This document shows positions 25,837-32,000 of a stretch of DNA of 32,000 bases, piece after piece (within the stretch, counting starts at the first letter, position 1; each line of letters begins with the position of its first letter). Under the pieces are notes generated by a model that was not told the origin of the DNA, did no database searches, and saw only the letters and a list, made by a program, of their open reading frames with translations. This DNA comes from an uncultured Ignisphaera sp. Its GTDB lineage: Archaea > Thermoproteota > Thermoprotei_A > Sulfolobales > Ignisphaeraceae. Position numbers and translations under genes: made by a program. The stretch covers positions 198,896 to 230,895 of the forward strand of contig CALJEI010000001.1 in the NCBI GenBank assembly GCA_938074605.1, in the 5' to 3' direction.

Positions 25837-27339
25837 CTATCTCTTTTTTAGCATTAGTATGAGAAGGGCTATTGCAGTAGATGCTACTATCAATACCATG
25901 ATTGTAATACTATTACGGTAGGGCATCTCCTGTATTTCTGATGGTCTTTCTGTTGACATGGTTAATGTTTTAGGTTTAGTGACATATAGCTGTATAGTGT
26001 TGCTCTCCGCTCTATAGATGCCCATACCCTCTGGTACTACCACCTTCACCTCATATACACCTGGTTTTGTTAGGAGAAACTCTATGGTTGATGTCTCTCG
26101 ATTTATTCTACTGATCATTTTATTCCAGCTACTTTCATTATTCAATCTATATAGAACCTCTACTGTATCTATAATAGGTGGTGATACATCTATTTTTATT
26201 ACTGCCTTTGAATCTAACTCTATATATGGCCAGATAGCACTTATTGAAATACTTGGCTTAACTCTTTCAACAACCACCATAACTATGTTACTTAACGCTG
26301 AATAAAATAGCTGTGATTCTAGCATATTAGCTCTAATATAGTACACACCAGGTAGTGTAGGTATCCAGGTATAGTTAAAACGATATACGGCCTCTAGTTT
26401 ACCCATATAACCCCAGTTCATACCATCAGCGCTGACCTCAAGTCTAACAACTTTTGAATCCCCAGTTCTTGGCTCTATAGCCCCAGAGAGGAGTATAGCT
26501 CTACCAACATATGTAAGTGTCGTATTTGAAGATATGGATATACTGGGTTTACCTTTTGCCATAAATATAGCTGTGGCACTACTACTTCTACGTACTACAT
26601 ATGACATCGTATAAATGACCTCCACTTCAACTACATATATACCCATTCTTGTTGGTATATAGTTTACTCTAACGGATTCTACATCGTATAAAACGTCTAT
26701 TCTTGCACTCCTAATAAGAGATCTATTTACGTATACATATAGCTCAATATCCATAATAGGTTCATGTGTGGGATTTCTTAGTTCAACATATATAGGTACG
26801 CTAGAGTTTACTTCTACAATATTAGGCTCAACCCATACTGTTGTTTCAAGTGATGTGTTAGATGCTGATAGAATAAACCAGATGGGTATAGTGAATGCGC
26901 ATCTTGGCTCTATAAATAGGAAATTGAGCTGTGCTTCTTTTACTTCCCTAGCCCCACCTTGGATTTGAAAAAGCGGTGGAGCCAACAATACATTTATTGA
27001 TGAGTACAGTATTTCTTGGGGCTCTAGATAACCTAAGAATTTAGAAATAGATACTTTATCTACGACTATATCTACAGTAATGCGTGTAGGAGGTAGGGGA
27101 TCTATAGCCTTAACGCTTATATTTATATTATTACTGTAGCCCATCACCCAAGTCATATAGAATGTGACATTTATCTCCAAGAGATATAGATTGTTACATA
27201 AAAATGTATGTGTCTGTGTAACTATTCCCTTAATGGGTTCACGTATAGCATATGTAATAACTGGCGCGGTACTATAAATTAGAATTGCCAATATTGCTAT
27301 AGCGTACAGCTTATATATACCCTTCCCCACTTGGATCAC
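25837..27339 (-). CDS. C-terminally membrane-anchored surface protein with tandem Ig-like/CARDB-like beta-sandwich domains
   Basis: It has an N-terminal hydrophobic signal (IYKLYAIAILAILIYSTAPVITYA) and a CARDB-like segment. Two ~95-aa repeats each begin with KPSISIS. It also has a C-terminal TM (ITIMVLIVASTAIALLILML-KKR) and many N-x-S/T sequons. Its GTG start overlaps the upstream TGA (GTGA). Confidence 0.65.
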   Translation of the reverse strand: MIQVGKGIYKLYAIAILAILIYSTAPVITYAIREPIKGIVTQTHTFLCNNLYLLEINVTFYMTWVMGYSNNINISVKAIDPLPPTRITVDIVVDKVSISKFLGYLEPQEILYSSINVLLAPPLFQIQGGAREVKEAQLNFLFIEPRCAFTIPIWFILSASNTSLETTVWVEPNIVEVNSSVPIYVELRNPTHEPIMDIELYVYVNRSLIRSARIDVLYDVESVRVNYIPTRMGIYVVEVEVIYTMSYVVRRSSSATAIFMAKGKPSISISSNTTLTYVGRAILLSGAIEPRTGDSKVVRLEVSADGMNWGYMGKLEAVYRFNYTWIPTLPGVYYIRANMLESQLFYSALSNIVMVVVERVKPSISISAIWPYIELDSKAVIKIDVSPPIIDTVEVLYRLNNESSWNKMISRINRETSTIEFLLTKPGVYEVKVVVPEGMGIYRAESNTIQLYVTKPKTLTMSTERPSEIQEMPYRNSITIMVLIVASTAIALLILMLKKR

Positions 27340-29390
27340 CTTCTAATCTCTGTTACTGCAAGAGCTATTGCAATTATCGATGCTAGCAGTGCCAATGATG
27401 AGAAAAGTATATTTGTTCTATCTACATAGTCTGGTGGCCGAGGTGTATTTAGCCTAATCTCATCCTCTAGCCTCTGTAGCTTCATCTCTATGGAGTTAAG
27501 CTTTTCAACAATATCTTTGGGTCCACTAAAATCCCTAGCTAGATCAATTGTTATCTCCCTATCTTCTTCACCCACCTTAGTTCTAAGCTGTACCAACCCT
27601 ATCTCTGTTGAATTTATCAATATATTAATAAATGAATTTGGTGGTATTGTAAAAATGGTCTTCCCCATGCTATCAGTTATAGATACAGCTGAGTATCTCG
27701 TACCGAGTCCTATAACATCCACATAGATTGGGATTCCCTCAAGCGCCACACCATTATATAGTACGGCAACCTCTACTGCTACTGGTGCTGGAAAATACAT
27801 CTCTATATAGATTTCATTAGTTCTTTCACTAGATAAATTATCTAGAGGAATCGAATTACCATCTATGAATATATTATTTAACTTAATGTTCTTTATATGA
27901 CCTCCCCAACCACTATAGCTTAAAATAAGCTCCTTGCCATTGATAACCATCTTCACACTTAACCAATTTAGCATTTTAGGAATAGAAGGTTTTATCCTAA
28001 GTTTACTATATTCAACATCTATACCAGCCATACCCCTTAATACAACATAGTCTAGACAGGGATAGAATGAGCTATTCAGTGAAAATATTGACAATACTTC
28101 ATGTATATATAGTTTCTCTTGTTGTAATGCCTCTACAAAAGCTAGGCAGCTCCAGGGGCTATGAGGTTTAATATCTCTTATCGTTACTAGTTCTACAGCC
28201 CTAGTAAGCTTTAATCTTGATAGCGCAAGTATATCAACTATTGATAGATTTACTGTATCTAGACTAATACCATGGCTATATATCTTCTCCCCACATATTT
28301 GCTCAATTCCATCAATAATAAGGATATCTAGTACTCCTCTATCACTCTGAACAGTAGGTAAAACTATATTGCAAATCTCTAAAACTCTATCCATATCCTC
28401 CACGAGTTTTGCAAGCTTAAGATAAATAAAGGCCTCGCGAATTGTTGTAGGTTTTACCACGTCAAATATATGTTGTGCTACTTTTTTAGCTATCGTTGTA
28501 TTAGATGTAAGCATCATTTCTATAGAGATCCAGTATGCAACAAGTTTTTCAAATCTTGATAAGTTGTATATCTCTGGATATAACATTGTGTTCAACCTAT
28601 TGTAAAGAGCAGTATAGTAGAGATCATTAAACTGCTTTATACTACTTCCAACAGCTGGTAACATGGAAACATATCTGCTATATACATACCGACTATCCTC
28701 AAGATAGCTATAGCACTCTTCAAGCGAAATTCTGTTTAAAGCTTCAAGCAGTTTAGATAGGCTATTCATAGCAAGTCCTATGAGTGTAAGACATGAATAA
28801 TTGGATCTTATCACTAGTTTAACGTCATTACCACTAGCCTCCACACTAGTAGAGGCTAGACCATCTTGTAGTGCAAAAGCTAGAAACATATCTTGAAATG
28901 CTATAACAATTGGTTTAAGTGGAAATGACATAGCTTTATCTAAATGGATGGCCGACCCATTAAAAAAGGTTATAATAAGCGTAAAGTTGGTATTGAGACA
29001 TATAGTGTGTAGAAAGAGTTCACGCCCTTGTAATACAGCTGTCTGTAGAAACGATGAATGATCTGTAAATGCCCTTAACAAATATCCGCTAAACTCATAC
29101 AGAATTCCATCCATGGATTTACTTGGTATAAGCTTCTCCTCCAACATAACCCTTGACATAGAATACTGTGTAGCTATAACAACTTCACTTATCCTACCAC
29201 TAGACACCTTTACACTAAACAATCTACCCTCTCTAAACATGATATCTACATCACTTAGAAATACCGTAAAGTCACCACTATGGTAGAGGGTAACTACATA
29301 AGTATCATTACTACCAACAACAGACTGAATAGGTGTTGTTGTAAATATGACTAAGAGTAACAGTAGGTATATGGTGCCTAACCGCTTCAC
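27336..29390 (-). CDS. large secreted, C-terminally membrane-anchored protein (684 aa), function unknown
   Basis: It has a Sec-type signal (KRLGTIYLLLLLVIFTTTPIQS), many N-x-S/T sequons and a helical middle region. A short coiled coil (VEKLNSIEMKLQRLEDEIRL) precedes the C-terminal TM (ILFSSLALLASIIAIALAV-TEIRR). GTG start with GAGGG 10 nt upstream. Confidence 0.65.
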   Translation of the reverse strand: MKRLGTIYLLLLLVIFTTTPIQSVVGSNDTYVVTLYHSGDFTVFLSDVDIMFREGRLFSVKVSSGRISEVVIATQYSMSRVMLEEKLIPSKSMDGILYEFSGYLLRAFTDHSSFLQTAVLQGRELFLHTICLNTNFTLIITFFNGSAIHLDKAMSFPLKPIVIAFQDMFLAFALQDGLASTSVEASGNDVKLVIRSNYSCLTLIGLAMNSLSKLLEALNRISLEECYSYLEDSRYVYSRYVSMLPAVGSSIKQFNDLYYTALYNRLNTMLYPEIYNLSRFEKLVAYWISIEMMLTSNTTIAKKVAQHIFDVVKPTTIREAFIYLKLAKLVEDMDRVLEICNIVLPTVQSDRGVLDILIIDGIEQICGEKIYSHGISLDTVNLSIVDILALSRLKLTRAVELVTIRDIKPHSPWSCLAFVEALQQEKLYIHEVLSIFSLNSSFYPCLDYVVLRGMAGIDVEYSKLRIKPSIPKMLNWLSVKMVINGKELILSYSGWGGHIKNIKLNNIFIDGNSIPLDNLSSERTNEIYIEMYFPAPVAVEVAVLYNGVALEGIPIYVDVIGLGTRYSAVSITDSMGKTIFTIPPNSFINILINSTEIGLVQLRTKVGEEDREITIDLARDFSGPKDIVEKLNSIEMKLQRLEDEIRLNTPRPPDYVDRTNILFSSLALLASIIAIALAVTEIRR

Positions 29391-29448
29391 CCTATAACCC
29401 TCTTTTAATTTTGAATTTTAATATAACTTTAAGAGAGAAAAACTAGAA

Positions 29449-29532
29449 AAAAGATATTATGACTTTCTGTCCAAAGCGACCTATAGGCGAAATAAGATTT
29501 ACATCTCTTAAGAAAAGATATTATGACTTTCT
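29449..29532. repeat. two copies of a 20-nt direct repeat upstream of the surface-protein operon
   Basis: aaaagatattatgactttct occurs at 29449-29468 and, identically, at 29513-29532 (period 64 nt). The copies lie 59-142 nt upstream of the start at 29390. Confidence 0.85.
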
Positions 29533-29598
29533 ATAATAAAACTGCTAATATTTCTAAACCACAGAATATGTTCTTCACATGAAGCATTTATTGTGTTG

Positions 29599-29898
29599 TT
29601 AGCTCGGTGTTAACATTTCAGATGTATTCTTTCTTCTGGCTCTTAAATAGGTTAGAATTGATGTTAATATTATGTGGATCCCTATGACTAGAAGTATAAA
29701 TCCTCCAAATGTCATAGCAAGCCATAGTGGGATTAATGGAGTCTCTTGACCTAGAAATAGGAGAAGTAGACCTGTGGAGACAAAGACTATGCCTAGTATA
29801 GTTACAGCTAAGACTCCCTGTTTTACACCCACGAATAGTTCCACCACGCTAAGCTTGTTTTCAGCATACCGCATTAAAAAATATGTAGTATATATCAC
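29599..29898 (-). CDS. small membrane protein (2-3 TM helices), function unknown
   Basis: 99 aa from the GTG at 29898, or 91 aa from the ATG at 29874. Its hydrophobic segments are VLAVTILGIVFVSTGLLLLFL and LWLAMTFGGFILLVIGIHIILTSIL, followed by a basic tail. Confidence 0.45.
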   Translation of the reverse strand: MIYTTYFLMRYAENKLSVVELFVGVKQGVLAVTILGIVFVSTGLLLLFLGQETPLIPLWLAMTFGGFILLVIGIHIILTSILTYLRARRKNTSEMLTPS

Positions 29899-30148
29899 CT
29901 TATTAAATATAGTGAAAAATTTAACGACTATTCACACGGATTATTCTTCATCTATCAATATATTAAATATTAAATATGTATTTACATGTTTTAGGGAAAT
30001 GTCTATAGATTTTACATACATCCTAAATTTCTATGATAATAGAGATCTGATGAGAGAATATCGAAACCATGCTGGTGAATAGAACCCTCTAGATATAAAG
30101 GGATGGCAATTAATAAAGGTGGGTATCCAAGGACTGCAGCCTATATAT

Positions 30149-31768
30149 TTATGGAGTTAGCTGAAACAGTTCCTCTAGCCCCAGAACCTCATATACAGCT
30201 TTAACTAGTCCTGATGATACTAATGATACTATTGAGCTTATTAGTATGAAGGCTGACGTATGTAGCCAGAATGTTTGTATATAACCTCCCTCAGAAACCT
30301 TTATTGCAATTGCATTTATTATTGACATAGCTAAAAGGAGTGTAATCCTCATTATAGTTAGTATCCCAATATCTATGGCTTCTGCTGGAAATGGTAGTAG
30401 ACCTGTTCCAGCAACTGCTTGAAGGGCACTATACATGATAGTTGTTAGCGTTATTATAAACTCTAGCAGGATCACCATAATTACATGTAGCGTATATACA
30501 ACCCCTTGAAAAGATCTCGCTATCTGATTCCTCATCTCACGAAGATTTATAAGCTTTAGCATAGTTTCACTAAGCAGTATGCCTGTCTTTGAGATATCGC
30601 CTCCGGAATCTATGGTATCGTATAGCACGTCAACAGACCTTCTAATGTTTTCACTACCACACTCACCTGCGAAATACAACCACGCAATTTTTTTATCTAT
30701 TCCATTTGACAGCCTTGTATAAAGCTTTTTCACATTTTGTGTTAGCGGCCCTAAATCCACCCTTAGTATACTTTTAAGAGCTACAGCATGGCTTCTAACA
30801 ACAGCATATGTAAGTCCATAGCTTCTCACAAACGCTTGAAAAAACACTTCAATCCTTTTAACACTTCTTTCAAAGCGTTGGGCTAGAAGACCTGGAAGTG
30901 CCAGGAATATGCTCATCAAAATAAACATATAATTTGCATCCCTAAGGATGGTATAGAGGGTTATCCAGGTTACAACACTCATGATTAGTGAAACAAATGC
31001 TGTATAGACAACAATCTTTCTTTGCTTTGGTTGTATCTTCATATTATGTAAAAGCTTATCTTTTGGCGAGAGCTTATAAATGGCATACACAAGAAATGAT
31101 GTTGCGGATATAGATGCAAAGAGAGAAGTTAATGCTATATATGAAGATCCCCACATTATCATGGATATTATCAACATGTTTATGTTTATGAATATTATTG
31201 ATGATATTGTTGCTACGTATATCCCTAGTAATATTCTCAGAATTTCTAGAGCTCTATGGTATCTAGCTTCATAGTTAGTTATGGCGATATTTCTCTCAGT
31301 CTCTAGAACAAGGGATTCGTCTTCCCCCATGTTAAGGGCTTCAGCAAATCTGGCTAGAAAATCTCTAAAGACTTGATCTCTAACTCTTCTAAGATAGTAT
31401 CTTATGGCTTGGGTGTAGCTATAGCCCCACTTCCTTGCAAGAGAGCTTATCTCATCTAGAATTCTGGAGTAGATACCATAAGCCTGTTCAGTAACACTAT
31501 ATAGTTCAAAAAGCTTATGCCTAGGAGGTCTCCCTGTTGCTACAGAAGCCATGTGTGTTATTAAAAAGAGGTAGTCTGTATCAGCTCCACCCACAAATAT
31601 CCTCCTAATATTCACCACTATATAGTTAATCAATGGTGGTAGGGGTATAGAGAAGAGTAGGATAAATTTATGTAAATCTAAATCTATGGGTAGAAGAAAC
31701 ACTATGGTAGCTAGAACGGCAGATGTTACAAACCCTGGCATAAATTTTAAAAACTGCCTTCTATCCAT
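30149..31768 (-). CDS. FlaJ/ArlJ-TadC-like polytopic membrane platform protein of a type IV filament system (two T2SS-F-like domains)
   Basis: 539 aa. Two cytoplasmic helical modules each precede a TM cluster. They are LFLITHMASVATGRPP...ARFAEALNMGEDES and FFQAFVRSYGLTY...LYDTIDSGGDISKTG. The ATG lies 15 nt after the stop of the ATPase gene. Confidence 0.7.
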   Translation of the reverse strand: MDRRQFLKFMPGFVTSAVLATIVFLLPIDLDLHKFILLFSIPLPPLINYIVVNIRRIFVGGADTDYLFLITHMASVATGRPPRHKLFELYSVTEQAYGIYSRILDEISSLARKWGYSYTQAIRYYLRRVRDQVFRDFLARFAEALNMGEDESLVLETERNIAITNYEARYHRALEILRILLGIYVATISSIIFININMLIISMIMWGSSYIALTSLFASISATSFLVYAIYKLSPKDKLLHNMKIQPKQRKIVVYTAFVSLIMSVVTWITLYTILRDANYMFILMSIFLALPGLLAQRFERSVKRIEVFFQAFVRSYGLTYAVVRSHAVALKSILRVDLGPLTQNVKKLYTRLSNGIDKKIAWLYFAGECGSENIRRSVDVLYDTIDSGGDISKTGILLSETMLKLINLREMRNQIARSFQGVVYTLHVIMVILLEFIITLTTIMYSALQAVAGTGLLPFPAEAIDIGILTIMRITLLLAMSIINAIAIKVSEGGYIQTFWLHTSAFILISSIVSLVSSGLVKAVYEVLGLEELFQLTP

Positions 31769-31783
31769 ATATTTTATCCCTAA

Positions 31784-32000
31784 TTACAGAAGGGTATCCT
31801 TTTGGAGTTTCTCCAGCGCTCTATCAACTCCTATTTCATATGCCTTTACAATAGCCCTCCATACATCGAAATAGTTCATCACTTTTTTATTTAAAAGCTC
31901 TCTTAGAAACTTAGCTCTTATATATAACTCCTCGTATATTCTATTCATATTAATTCTTGATATACCTCTCATCGGTGCTATCTTATTCTCCAGAAGATGA
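31784..32000 (-). CDS. C-terminal end of a FlaI/ArlI-type (VirB11/GspE superfamily) secretion ATPase; gene continues beyond the window
   Basis: The frame stays open to the window edge (...HLLENKIAPMRGISRINMNRIYEELYIRAKFLRELLNKKVMNYFDVWRAIVKAY...). This resembles the C-terminal tail of archaeal FlaI-like ATPases, and the gene sits immediately upstream of the FlaJ-like gene. Confidence 0.5.
   Translation of the reverse strand, partial: HLLENKIAPMRGISRINMNRIYEELYIRAKFLRELLNKKVMNYFDVWRAIVKAYEIGVDRALEKLQKDTLL

Noticed and set aside
25837-29898. Class III (prepilin-like) signal peptides at the N-termini of the 500-aa (..VGKG/IYKLYAIAIL..), 684-aa and 99-aa proteins
   Set aside because: The residues after the candidate K-G site in the 500-aa protein (I-Y-K) fit the known cleavage-site pattern poorly. 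The 684-aa protein looks like a standard Sec signal. The 99-aa protein is a multi-TM protein without an extracellular domain. None can be called a pilin from sequence alone.
7212-31874. Remaining short antisense ORFs (e.g. 7212-7430, 7437-7661, 8956-9216, 10736-10993, 10990-11271, 11870-12106, 14992-15186, 15892-16083, 17781-17969, 18917-19351, 19845-20033, 21591-21818, 21980-22168, 22977-23246, 26018-26305, 26768-26968, 27490-27726, 29774-30082, 31080-31274, 31686-31874)
   Set aside because: Each is nested in, or largely overlaps, a better-supported gene on the other strand, and none has a recognisable motif. They are treated as non-coding shadow frames.
1-32000. CRISPR arrays, IS elements or transposases, integrases, rRNA or tRNA genes
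   Set aside because: I saw no regularly spaced direct repeats, no terminal inverted repeats flanking a transposase-like ORF, and no GC-rich islands of the kind structural RNAs form in AT-rich hyperthermophile genomes.

Overview
The window is a visibly AT-rich chromosomal segment from a hyperthermophilic archaeon. The evidence is reverse gyrase, eS25/eS26 ribosomal proteins, archaeal-type ProRS, Elp3 and aconitase-X mevalonate genes. The gene content looks crenarchaeal and Desulfurococcales-like, but I cannot verify that assignment. About 30 protein genes are supported, most of them housekeeping. They include a three-gene archaeal mevalonate operon (AcnX large and small subunits plus a UbiD-like decarboxylase), a Clp1-like polynucleotide kinase, a CDP-alcohol phosphatidyltransferase, eS26, ProRS, TrmI and eS25. 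Further along are reverse gyrase, an Mrp/NBP35 ATPase, an HtrA-like protease and a contiguous Trm112-Elp3-Trm9 tRNA wobble-uridine module. The last ~8 kb looks accessory. It holds a type-IV-filament ATPase (C-terminal fragment) and a FlaJ/ArlJ-like platform gene, followed on the same strand by membrane proteins and a translationally coupled pair of large C-terminally anchored surface proteins. I found no rRNA, tRNA, CRISPR array or IS element. Four strong hand-found candidates for C/D box sRNAs stand out. Three cluster in the 516-nt spacer upstream of reverse gyrase, and two of those carry guides complementary to adjacent pieces of the conserved 23S peptidyl-transferase-centre strand. The fourth overlaps the trmI start codon. 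Other items worth follow-up are a nitrilase-fold protein with all three catalytic residues replaced, whose start overlaps the reverse gyrase stop, and several unusually long ORF-free gaps. All calls rest on motif recognition by eye and manual sequence reading. No searches or folding were run.
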